This document shows, in pieces, positions 17,181-25,557 of a stretch of 64,000 nucleotides of DNA. Below the pieces are notes generated by a model that was not told the origin of the DNA, did not search any database, and saw nothing but the letters and a program-made list of their open reading frames with translations. Positions within the stretch are counted from its first letter, which is position 1; each line of letters begins with the position of its first letter. The DNA comes from a virus. Both the position numbers and the translations under genes were made by a program. The stretch is from the IMG/VR virus record IMGVR_UViG_3300018080_000105, positions 96,001 through 160,000 of that record; one strand, written 5' to 3'.

Positions 17181-18698
17181 GTGCCATCTGCAGCGCCCAG
17201 ACGCCAAGAAACCCGTGACGAGAACCGCACCAGTCCCGCTGATCCTGCCCTGTTGAATGCTCCCGCTCCTGACGAGCCTTGGGCTCGTGTCTGGCCCGGA
17301 GAGCGGATCCTCGAAGGTGACATCTTCTACGACGTCACCGCTGGCGAGGAGTCTCAATGGAGGCTCTGTCCTGACGAGTGGGCTGCTCAGCCTGTTCCCT
17401 CTGCCGGGTACGCCATTGCCCGGCTATCCCCTCCCGATGGTTACCGTGGGCTGGAGGGCAGTGATGTCCTGCGAAGCCGAGACCTGGCCTGGAGTGGAGA
17501 GAAGTGGGTGCTGATCCGGGATACCATGCTCAGTGACTTCATCGATCGACCCTTCTCATATGTTGTCGAACGATGGGAGGCAGAGCACAACACCCGGCCT
17601 ATGGTCTGCACCCGTAAGAACCCTGCTGCCAACCAAGTCATTGAGATTCCCACGCATCACCGGAAGCTCTGGGCCAGTGAGGCCATCCGCCGAGGGGACA
17701 AGTACGTTGTCGGGGCCAGTGATATGGATGATTGGGCTGATGTGCCCGTCAGCATGCACGGCCTGATCGTCGAAGACCCTGAAGAATCCAACGATTTCGT
17801 GCGATACTGCCGGCCGGTCAGTCCCAATGCCCAGATCTGGTACGTAGACCCGCTGGCCGAAGAAGGAGGCGTCGGAGGTCGCCAGGATCCATTCAAATCA
17901 CTGGACCAGGCCAAACACACCATTTCAGTGGCTGCTGAGGCCGCTGGGACGCCTGCGTTCGGTATCATCCTCAGTGTCAGTGGCAAACCGCTGCTGGTCT
18001 ATGACCTACCCGAGCCAGAAGCCGAAGAACCTCCTGCTCCCGAACTGCCCGTTGAAGAGATTCCCGATCGGGAAGAATCGACGGCTGAGGCGATTATGGA
18101 GGACCCGGAAGCCCTCCCACAACCGGTCGGTGATCCCGATCGGGAAAAATCAGATGAAATCGAAGGGGGTTTGTATGACATGCTCCGGGAAGACTCAAAC
18201 AAAGACACGCCGACCACAGAAGACACGTCTTTAATGAAAGAGTCAGCGCAGCTTATCCAAAGTGACCTGGAAAGTGAGCCCGAGCTCGAACAGCTGTTTC
18301 AGGACGCCCGCCAACACGAAGACCAGAAAGTAGAAGAAATGCTCACCGGCACCTGTGAACAGATGGCCGCTCACCTGGAAGTGGGCATGAAGGTCGTCAT
18401 GGACCAGTCGGAACGTGTCCGGCCCCCGCAATACACCCGGACCAACGTGTCTGATGTCATCGAAAAGGGCGATCTGTGGTTCGGCCCGATCGATGGTGAC
18501 TTTGAAGTGCTGATGTGGCAGCCTGTTCCCGCTACGATGATCGGCCAAAAGGCGGGAGATCTCCTTGAATACCTGCTCGCCCGCAAACGGACAACCAAAG
18601 CCCGCCTGCCTGCAGAGATCCGCCAACAGGTGGTTCTGCGACTCGAAGAGATCCATACTGCGATGGATCAACTCAAAGACCTGCTGAACCTGGAGTAA
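17181..18698 (+). CDS. hypothetical protein with four internal repeats
   Basis: repeat R.(L/V)..(G/S)(E/D).(I/L)..(G/R)D x4; acidic; one of only two plus-strand genes. Confidence 0.7.
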   Translation: MPSAAPRRQETRDENRTSPADPALLNAPAPDEPWARVWPGERILEGDIFYDVTAGEESQWRLCPDEWAAQPVPSAGYAIARLSPPDGYRGLEGSDVLRSRDLAWSGEKWVLIRDTMLSDFIDRPFSYVVERWEAEHNTRPMVCTRKNPAANQVIEIPTHHRKLWASEAIRRGDKYVVGASDMDDWADVPVSMHGLIVEDPEESNDFVRYCRPVSPNAQIWYVDPLAEEGGVGGRQDPFKSLDQAKHTISVAAEAAGTPAFGIILSVSGKPLLVYDLPEPEAEEPPAPELPVEEIPDREESTAEAIMEDPEALPQPVGDPDREKSDEIEGGLYDMLREDSNKDTPTTEDTSLMKESAQLIQSDLESEPELEQLFQDARQHEDQKVEEMLTGTCEQMAAHLEVGMKVVMDQSERVRPPQYTRTNVSDVIEKGDLWFGPIDGDFEVLMWQPVPATMIGQKAGDLLEYLLARKRTTKARLPAEIRQQVVLRLEEIHTAMDQLKDLLNLE

Positions 18699-18701
18699 CC
18701 A

Positions 18702-19610
18702 ATGACCCGGCACATGGATATGCACGAAGGACCGCCGCCTCCACCCGACACCTACAACGTGGAGGCCTACTGCCACAACTGTGAATACGAAGGCGAAGCG
18801 GAAATCCCCAAAGGGACCAAGGTCGACGATGCCGACTGTCCTCGTTGTGGCTGTGATTGCCTGCAGGTCAAAGCCAAATTCACTGACGACCGTGTAGAAG
18901 CCGCACCCGCTGAAGAAGTTATCGAAGATTTTCTCCGCTGGCCGCCATCACAGCTCCGCGGCCCGATTAGCCCTGCGGGAGTCCCTGCCGATAACACTCC
19001 GCAGCCGCAGTGGTACTACTGCAACGACGACAGCACGCTACGCCATGCAGATCTGCAACCACCAACTGGCGACAGAACCTTTGCTGAAAGCATTCTGCGA
19101 GCAGCCGGCGGCACAATCCACCATCAGGTTCATCCGGATGGGCGGCACACGCTGAACGGGCGGGAAATCACACTTGACCAACTGAATACCGTCACCAGTG
19201 TTGATACGCCTCTTAGCGAGCGTGTCGGCATTCTAGGACAGATTGGTGTCATTCCGCCTGGTTCACAGACAAGCGGCGACGTTGTTGTCGGGCATTACCA
19301 CAACTCGCCACCACCGCCTCCACTGGGCAGAGGCCTCACTGCTGCGCCTATGGACGCTCACGGTGTTGACAACGTACCCTCGGGCGAAGGCACGCTCGCA
19401 GTAGGTTCTCCACAGGTACCGCCAGGGCTCCTGGACACCGCTACGATCGACACCACGACGCTCGACACATTGCTGTCACTTATTGACGAAGCGGCAGAGA
19501 TCGACCCAACCATGAGCGAGCCGAGTGTTGATCCTGACGAACCGGAACCCGTCAACACAGATCCACGACTGGGTGATCCTGATGGAGTACCCTGGGAAGA
19601 CTTTCGGTAA
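18702..19610 (+). CDS. Zn-ribbon + Pro/acidic low-complexity protein
   Basis: CHNC...CPRCGC N-terminus; follows previous gene by 3 nt. Confidence 0.65.
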   Translation: MTRHMDMHEGPPPPPDTYNVEAYCHNCEYEGEAEIPKGTKVDDADCPRCGCDCLQVKAKFTDDRVEAAPAEEVIEDFLRWPPSQLRGPISPAGVPADNTPQPQWYYCNDDSTLRHADLQPPTGDRTFAESILRAAGGTIHHQVHPDGRHTLNGREITLDQLNTVTSVDTPLSERVGILGQIGVIPPGSQTSGDVVVGHYHNSPPPPPLGRGLTAAPMDAHGVDNVPSGEGTLAVGSPQVPPGLLDTATIDTTTLDTLLSLIDEAAEIDPTMSEPSVDPDEPEPVNTDPRLGDPDGVPWEDFR

Positions 19611-19618
19611 ATAAGAAC
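19606..19618 (+). promoter_or_regulatory. GGTAAATAAGAAC motif copy
   Basis: exact 13-mer overlapping the stop of the plus-strand gene, abutting a hairpin. Confidence 0.55.
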
Positions 19619-19650
19619 GAGGGGCGGCCCGGCACGGCCGCCCTGTTCTT
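19611..19650. terminator. bidirectional intrinsic terminator between convergent genes
   Basis: GGGCGGCCG-gca-CGGCCGCCC 9-bp stem with T-rich tails on both strands. Confidence 0.7.
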
Positions 19651-19658
19651 TCAGCAGG

Positions 19659-20315
19659 CTACGCCCACTCGACAACGCGGAACTTGCCGTAGCGACCACG
19701 CCAGGTTCCCAGGCCAACAGCGGTGCCACCTTCCTCGAAGATGTTCTTCACCTGCTGTTCCTGGATCTGATTGTTCGGCAGCAATGTCAGCTGGAACTCC
19801 AGAGCCCACGGCAGTGGCAGCACTGGTCGCACTTTGGGGTTAGGCACGCCGTCCTTCAACCGGGCGACGTTCCGCAGGATGTAGGCCCCTGTGGTGGGGC
19901 AGGTCTCCGTGTCCGGATCAAAGCCAGAAAACACCAGCGGCTCGTCATCACGCGTCAGTACCAGGTTCTCCCCGTGGCGGGGATCCGTCGACATGATCGA
20001 CACGAAGCTCCCGCACGCTTCCGTGAACTTCTTGTACTTCCGGGAGTCGAGCAGCCTCTTGGGTGCGGAGTCCGTATTCTTGGCGGAGAGGAAACTCATT
20101 ACGTTGTTCGACGGCAGTACGAGAGTACATCCGTCTGATGCGAAGTAGAATTTCTGTGATGGGGTCAACTTGGTGTCGTTGTCCCCGGGGTAACGATCGA
20201 ACATCAGAGGCGTCAGCCCCTCCAGTTTCACCGTTCTGCATACTACGTTCCTTGTGCCCGCTTCTGATCGGGTCGTTGGAGGTGTTGATGGAGTTGTTGG
20301 TGATACAGTCGACAT
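19659..20315 (-). CDS. stand-alone Cas7/RAMP-fold protein (Vipr-like)
   Basis: RAMP beta1 VKLEGLTPLMFDRY, DGCTLVLPSNNVMSFL helix, C-terminal Gly-rich loop EEGGTAVGLGTWRGRYGKFRVVEW; GAGGA RBS; adjacent pentamer array. Confidence 0.8.
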   Translation of the reverse strand: MSTVSPTTPSTPPTTRSEAGTRNVVCRTVKLEGLTPLMFDRYPGDNDTKLTPSQKFYFASDGCTLVLPSNNVMSFLSAKNTDSAPKRLLDSRKYKKFTEACGSFVSIMSTDPRHGENLVLTRDDEPLVFSGFDPDTETCPTTGAYILRNVARLKDGVPNPKVRPVLPLPWALEFQLTLLPNNQIQEQQVKNIFEEGGTAVGLGTWRGRYGKFRVVEWA

Positions 20316-20381
20316 AAAACATTCCTCATTCTATGAGGTCCTTGTGAGTGTGCCAGGGACCATCCCCGGCACAAAGTAACC

Positions 20382-20973
20382 ATGCCTTTCCTCGCCATGA
20401 TGTGCCGACCATGGGTGAAAATGGTAGCCTTGCCTTGCCACGCCACGCCACTCCTCGCCCCGCCGGTCCTTGCCCTGCAGAGCCGCGCCGAGCCGTGATG
20501 ACTCAACGTAAAAGAACACGCGAGCCTTGCCTTGCCTTGCCACGCCCCGCCCAGCCTTTCCTTGCCTTGCAGAGCCGCGCCGAGCCGTGATGGCTCAATG
20601 TAAAAGAACATGCTTGCCTTGCCTTGCCACGCCCTGCCCAGCCTGTCCTTGCCCTGCAGAGCCGCGCCGAGCCGTGATGGCTCAATGTAAAAAACATGCT
20701 TGCCTTGCCATGCTATTCCGCGCCGTGCCCAGCCTTGCCGCGACTCGCCTTGCCGTGATGGCTCAACGTAAAAGAACATGCTTGCCTTGCCTTGCCGCTC
20801 CTTGCCTGGCCAGGCCATGCCTGTCCTCGCCTTACCCTGCAGAGCCCCGCCAGGCCATGCTGGCTCAACGTAAAAGAACATGCTTGCCTTGCCTTGCCCT
20901 TCCCTGCCACGCCCTGCCACTCCTCGCCTCTCCTTGCCATGCAGCGCCGTACCTAGCCGGGCCTGGTTATGCT
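20382..20973 (-). repeat. array of GGC-NN pentamer tracts separated by a conserved ~27-nt linker (candidate guide-RNA array)
   Basis: six tracts (20425-20494, 20522-20586, 20614-20673, 20700-20754, 20782-20856, 20884-20963) with 14, 13, 12, 11, 15 and 16 in-register pentamers, 62 of 81 starting GGC on the minus strand; linker GCATGTTCTTTTACGTTGAGCCATCAC x5; partial tract 20382-20406. Confidence 0.92.
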
Positions 20974-21207
20974 TCAATAGCACTCCCAAGGAGGAGCGTT
21001 CCCTAGTTCCCTGTGCGTGGGGAACCGGGCTCTCAGGCGTTCATAGATCTCACGGTACTTCGCAGCCCGCTCTTCGTTGGCACCCACTCCCTTCGGGGCC
21101 TCGTCGGATTCACAATACTCTGCGTACTCTTTCGACACTGCCTCGGCCAGTCCTGGCCTTGCATCAGCGTTGAATACGAATGGTGGCGCAGACGGATAGA
21201 TCGAAAT
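20974..21207 (-). CDS. 77-aa hypothetical protein with non-canonical (ATT) start, not in ORF track
   Basis: AAGGAGG at 21213-21219, 5 nt before ATT; charged helical-looking sequence; stop abuts the array. Confidence 0.45.
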   Translation of the reverse strand: MSIYPSAPPFVFNADARPGLAEAVSKEYAEYCESDEAPKGVGANEERAAKYREIYERLRARFPTHRELGNAPPWECY

Positions 21208-21259
21208 CAGGTCCTCCTTTCAGTGAAGGCCGGCGACATGCCGGCCGGGGTGGTTTTTC

Positions 21260-23107
21260 TTAGCTATCAGGCGTGAACAACATGTCCAGAATGCTCCGCA
21301 CCATCCGCCGATAGGCTTGGATGTAGCGGACTCTCCCCGTCGTAACATGCGGCTCAGGGATATACACAATCTCGCGAGTAGCCACCTCAAAATCCCGGTA
21401 CCACTCTTCCTTGTTCTCAGGCGTCAACAGTGGTTCGGGGCTGTTTCCGAAAGGAGAGGCCGCCCCGTAATTGCTGTGCTGACACAAGTGGTCTACGTAC
21501 GGCGTTACGTACGAATCCCGCGGCCCCTCCGGGTAGTCCTGCTCCGCCTGCCAAACCACGAACGCTCGCACAAATGGCAGCAACACATTGTGAAACTGCC
21601 GCGGGTAAATCGGCGTATCTCGCCGCCAGTCCCCGTCGATACCGTAATTGGCAGCGGTATCGCCCACGCCTGCTATAGAGAAGTATGTGGAGATGAACCG
21701 GCGAAAAGCAGACACTCCCGAAACAACCCGAGAATTTACGGCGTCATGTAGATTTTGCGACAACGCCAGTTCATGGAATGCCAGGCCGTCCTCGTCAGAT
21801 TGCGAAAGCATTTCATCCAGCATGGCATTCAGCAACCGATTACATACCCGCCCAGCGTTATCTACTTGCAATAGCTCAGCAGCAACCACAACCCCCGGGG
21901 CCAGGAATCGCTGCAACCAGAGGTACCAGGCCCCGCTTGTCGGGTCAGTCCCTTCTATACGCGGGTCTCCTCCTCCCGGCCACAATTGTTCGAGAGCAGG
22001 CCGCAATGTGTGGAACGCCCTTACCCCTTCCGCCGACGCACGCGCCTCCACATAAGACTGAAAATACGACAGAAAGCACTCGCCATCAGCGTAATACGTA
22101 TGCGTGACAAACAGCTCCAGACACGTATTCAACATACCCATCTGGTCTTCTGTCACTTCGTCCGCCTGTTGCCGGTAAGCGAACTCCAGGACCTGCATCA
22201 GCGCGTCTGCCCGCCACTCAATGAAATCTTCATTTTCCCAGTTTGGCGGCGGATTGTTACACTCACCATACATCGGAGCATCTGCGTGACTTGGAGAGCG
22301 GAGAGACGCGACAGGCCGGGCAGCCTCACGATCCACCATGTCATCGAACGCGTCCATTGCGGCTGCTCTCGCTTCCCTTTCCTGCGCTCGTTGCTCCTGT
22401 GCTGCCTGCAGTTCTTCAGCAACCCAATCCTGCGAAACAGGTTCCAGCCCATCACCTTCACGCTCAAACTGGCCCCAGTAATCACTCGCAGGAGTTGCGG
22501 CTGCCCCGGTTAGGGCCGTATGTGCCAACTCTGTCAGTTCTTCTGAAGACAGAATGTTCTGCGCGGCAAGCAGGGCCGCAGACACGACCAGAGATGCCTC
22601 TCGCCGTGTCTGCTCGTCCCCCTGTGTTAAGCCGTCCAAAACGAACTGCACCTCTTCAGGAATCTCTTCAGGCACAGGCTCCGGGGAATCCTCCGCCCCT
22701 TCAGTCATATCGAGGTGGCGTGTCACCTGCGACTGTCGACGATTATCCAACAGCTCCTGCGTCGTTTCCTCCAGCAGTTCTTTTTGAGCATCTGCCAGAT
22801 TCTTCTCGTCGATCTCCCGCCACTCTTCATGGTAGATAGTAGCATTGCCACCCGTTCCCAGGTCCCCGCCATACCGCCGCAGAAACTGGTGAGCCGTTTT
22901 CTCGCACTGAAACACAATAATCGGCGACCAGTTCAGCACCCCGGCGTCTGTGCGGATATCAGGATAAACGACCTGCCCCACCACCTCCCACTGCCCTGGT
23001 CCGATCGCTACCACCTTCAAACCCCAGACGTTGAGCACCTGGTACTGTGTAAGGCTTTGAACACGCAACCTGTACGGTTTCGGCGTCTCGAAGGACGGCG
23101 TCGTCAC
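21260..23107 (-). CDS. large acidic hypothetical protein
   Basis: 615 aa ORF coupled to tmk stop. Confidence 0.75.
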   Translation of the reverse strand: MTTPSFETPKPYRLRVQSLTQYQVLNVWGLKVVAIGPGQWEVVGQVVYPDIRTDAGVLNWSPIIVFQCEKTAHQFLRRYGGDLGTGGNATIYHEEWREIDEKNLADAQKELLEETTQELLDNRRQSQVTRHLDMTEGAEDSPEPVPEEIPEEVQFVLDGLTQGDEQTRREASLVVSAALLAAQNILSSEELTELAHTALTGAAATPASDYWGQFEREGDGLEPVSQDWVAEELQAAQEQRAQEREARAAAMDAFDDMVDREAARPVASLRSPSHADAPMYGECNNPPPNWENEDFIEWRADALMQVLEFAYRQQADEVTEDQMGMLNTCLELFVTHTYYADGECFLSYFQSYVEARASAEGVRAFHTLRPALEQLWPGGGDPRIEGTDPTSGAWYLWLQRFLAPGVVVAAELLQVDNAGRVCNRLLNAMLDEMLSQSDEDGLAFHELALSQNLHDAVNSRVVSGVSAFRRFISTYFSIAGVGDTAANYGIDGDWRRDTPIYPRQFHNVLLPFVRAFVVWQAEQDYPEGPRDSYVTPYVDHLCQHSNYGAASPFGNSPEPLLTPENKEEWYRDFEVATREIVYIPEPHVTTGRVRYIQAYRRMVRSILDMLFTPDS

Positions 23108-23748
23108 GCAAATGCTCCCTGCAACAACTCGTTGAAGCGCTCATTTTCCTGACACACCTCCAGCACTTTGTGGCTGACGATTTGTACGTCCTGGCTGGCG
23201 TCAACCGTCTCGTAGTGCAACGAATCAGCCCAGACCTGATAGCCCTCAGAAATCCCTTTGTGCCAATCTTCCCCGCGGCTCTCAAAGCGATCCTGTTTCA
23301 GCGTGGCGCCCCGCTGCGATGCTTTCCTCGCCATCTTGGTCTCGTGATCCAGGTGCAGGTAGATCGAGATATCGGGCTCCAGGGCAGGCTGACACTGCTC
23401 AATGAACTCGCTGTCCACGCCACCCATGTGACACTGGTACACATACGTCGACAGATCCCAGCGTGTCCCGATGACAATGGTGTTCTGTAACAGCAAATCA
23501 TTGACGTGCCGAGCCAGCGAGTGGCGAGCGGCCGAATAGAGCATCACCTGCTCAATAGGCTCACACGCAATGTTGGCGTCCACCACCAGTCGTCGACAAC
23601 CCTGGCCCAACGGGGTCGTACCGGGATCTTCTACCTGCGCTACCTCGCCACCCATGCCCTGCAGAAAATCATGCAGTCGCGTTGCGATCGTCGTCTTACC
23701 ACATCCGTCACCGCCTTCCAGGACGATGAACACACCTCTGTCAGTCAT
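23104..23748 (-). CDS. tmk: thymidylate kinase
   Basis: FIVLEGGDGCGKTT P-loop, EDPG, LYSAAR, TRWDLST (DR motif variant), PDISIYL; start trimmed to MTDRG. Confidence 0.9.
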   Translation of the reverse strand: MTDRGVFIVLEGGDGCGKTTIATRLHDFLQGMGGEVAQVEDPGTTPLGQGCRRLVVDANIACEPIEQVMLYSAARHSLARHVNDLLLQNTIVIGTRWDLSTYVYQCHMGGVDSEFIEQCQPALEPDISIYLHLDHETKMARKASQRGATLKQDRFESRGEDWHKGISEGYQVWADSLHYETVDASQDVQIVSHKVLEVCQENERFNELLQGAFA

Positions 23749-23762
23749 TGGTTTCTCCAATC

Positions 23763-23804
23763 GGTAAATAAGAACGGCCGGCACCCGGTGTCAGGTGCCG
23801 GCCG
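23763..23804 (-). terminator. intrinsic terminator whose U-tract is the reverse complement of the GGTAAATAAGAAC motif
   Basis: 11-bp stem CGGCCGGCACC/GGTGCCGGCCG (23775-23804) followed on minus strand by TTCTTATTTACC (motif 23763-23775). Confidence 0.7.
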
Positions 23805-23897
23805 CGGGTCTGCGCCGTCCGTGGATTGTTCATCCTGAAAAAGTCAGTCTCCGTTCCGACCACCGCCACGGCCGTGTGGCGGGCTACAGGGGGAATG

Positions 23898-24236
23898 CTA
23901 CCCCGTAGATTCAACTGCGTCCATCATCGAACGAAATGCCTCAAACTCTTTTCGAGGCAGCTCAAAAATCGGTGACCCACTCAGCGTCGTCACCATAATC
24001 CCATCATCCGTGCTTTCGAGTTTCCTGTTGGTAAGCGAACACTCATGCGTGGCCATGCTGATAGACGGGACATGCTGCTCCGCCACTTTAACGCGGAACT
24101 GCTTATGAGGTGGAGCGAAGACAACCACAGTGTCTTGACGAACAGTAATGTCTTTCACGCCTTTGAGTTTACCAGTGGCCACCTGCCCGTGCAGGAAATC
24201 CGCCAGCTTCCGAACAAACTTGGTCGTGTCGAGCAT
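23898..24236 (-). CDS. hypothetical protein
   Basis: start trimmed to MLDTT. Confidence 0.6.
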   Translation of the reverse strand: MLDTTKFVRKLADFLHGQVATGKLKGVKDITVRQDTVVVFAPPHKQFRVKVAEQHVPSISMATHECSLTNRKLESTDDGIMVTTLSGSPIFELPRKEFEAFRSMMDAVESTG

Positions 24237-24243
24237 AATGCAC

Positions 24244-24735
24244 CTACGCTGTGATGATCCTGCGTACGTCGTGAAAGTAGATCCGGGCAATGCGATCATC
24301 AGACAGCCGCAGGTACACACCTTGCTCTCCCTGATGTTGGCTGCCCACGTACACGCCTTGCCACATGTGCCCTACGGCGTCGGTGACGCGGTATGTGTGT
24401 CCCTGGGTGAGTTGAGACATAGGCACCGAACGATAGTCGTGGGAGTCGTGAGTACCGCGGAGACGAAACCCTGTCAGGTCTCCAGTCTCATCCACCGTAG
24501 CCTCGATCATGCCATCTTCGCCCATCAAAGCCTGCAGCACGCCATTAACAAGGCCGAGAGCGCCAACAACCGGTTGATTCTGGCCGTCCAGTGTGCAGAT
24601 AACGTGTGGGTGTTCCAGCAGCTGCGTATTGCAGTTATGACGCAACCCAATGACTTTCATCATGGACTGCCAGTCAGCCTGCACAGCGAGGTTCAGAGAA
24701 TCAACTACTCGCTGAATGTCTGCTTGATCAACCAT
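24244..24735 (-). CDS. hypothetical protein
   Basis: operon-contiguous. Confidence 0.65.
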   Translation of the reverse strand: MVDQADIQRVVDSLNLAVQADWQSMMKVIGLRHNCNTQLLEHPHVICTLDGQNQPVVGALGLVNGVLQALMGEDGMIEATVDETGDLTGFRLRGTHDSHDYRSVPMSQLTQGHTYRVTDAVGHMWQGVYVGSQHQGEQGVYLRLSDDRIARIYFHDVRRIITA

Positions 24736-25015
24736 CGTCTACTTCCTGCGTGCCGGCTTCGTCCAGTATTTTCAACCCGCCTTTTGCGAGAGTCTCTCGA
24801 ATACGGAGTCCGTGTTGTTCAATCATAGACTCCGCAAGTGCCGTTGGGCGATCGTATGCCACAGGCAACTCTTCCAACGGCATCTGTATTGTTGCTATAC
24901 GGCCGTCCGACAGGAGAAACCGTGCGAATGTCTGAACAGCGTAGATACGCAGTGATTCGTTGTCAACTGTCTCGGCGTCAGACATCAAAAGTCCGCCCAG
25001 CCGCTGTGCGGCCAT
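24728..25015 (-). CDS. hypothetical protein
   Basis: operon-contiguous. Confidence 0.55.
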   Translation of the reverse strand: MAAQRLGGLLMSDAETVDNESLRIYAVQTFARFLLSDGRIATIQMPLEELPVAYDRPTALAESMIEQHGLRIRETLAKGGLKILDEAGTQEVDDG

Positions 25016-25313
25016 CGCCGTCGAGACCTGCGCGTTTACCCCGGCCCGCCATGCCTACGGCCCCGAAGTCATCTGTAACGCCTTCAGACTGGGTATTTAC
25101 TACCTGCAACGATGTACCATCCTGCAGGCGAACGCCCAGTCCACCGTGCAACGTGTCATGTGCGACGATTGCGTTCGTTGTAAGTGATTCCCGGGCGAAG
25201 TCGATGAATTCGTCCACAATCTTAACTTCGGCATCCAGGTGATTACGGGTGCGTCGCCACTCCCGTTTCAAATAGCCCAGCAAATCAACCGGGGTCGGAT
25301 TCTGATTCTCCAT
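24978..25313 (-). CDS. hypothetical protein
   Basis: GGAGAG RBS before MENQN. Confidence 0.55.
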   Translation of the reverse strand: MENQNPTPVDLLGYLKREWRRTRNHLDAEVKIVDEFIDFARESLTTNAIVAHDTLHGGLGVRLQDGTSLQVVNTQSEGVTDDFGAVGMAGRGKRAGLDGDGRTAAGRTFDV

Positions 25314-25557
25314 CTGCACTCTCCATATCTTCCAGCACCCGCCTGAGATCAAGGGGGTCTGCATGTTCTGCTGTCGTATGCACCGCCAAGCCGAATACTC
25401 CCCGTTTTTCAGGAGTGATCATCAGCATTTTGCAGGCGGCAGCGACGTCATGTTCGACGTCAACTGCCTTCACTGCGTCCATCACGGCCACCGAAAGGGC
25501 AACCAGTGTCTTCTCGTTCTCGGTCACGTCAGACTCCAAGGAATTCAGCCACCGCAT
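25285..25557 (-). CDS. hypothetical protein
   Basis: operon-contiguous. Confidence 0.5.
   Translation of the reverse strand: MRWLNSLESDVTENEKTLVALSVAVMDAVKAVDVEHDVAAACKMLMITPEKRGVFGLAVHTTAEHADPLDLRRVLEDMESADGESESDPG

Noticed and set aside
20382-20973. Classical CRISPR array interpretation (27-nt repeat + 55-80-nt spacers)
   Set aside because: The 'spacers' are themselves periodic GGC-NN tracts, not unique foreign sequence; the linker is not palindromic; no cas1/cas2/cas6 in the window
20243-21006. Long ORFs across the pentamer array (20243-20989 minus, 20527-21006 plus, others)
   Set aside because: Repetitive ARQG/CLAL translations are the expected by-product of a stop-poor 5-periodic repeat; no RBS support, and the period of 5 is incompatible with codon-level selection
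20988-21045. SAH-riboswitch-like string (GAGGAGCGTT...GGGCTC...GGCGTTCA) on plus strand
   Set aside because: Opposite strand to local genes, lies inside the ATT-start ORF, and lacks the conserved UUGC/CAGG/AACG core
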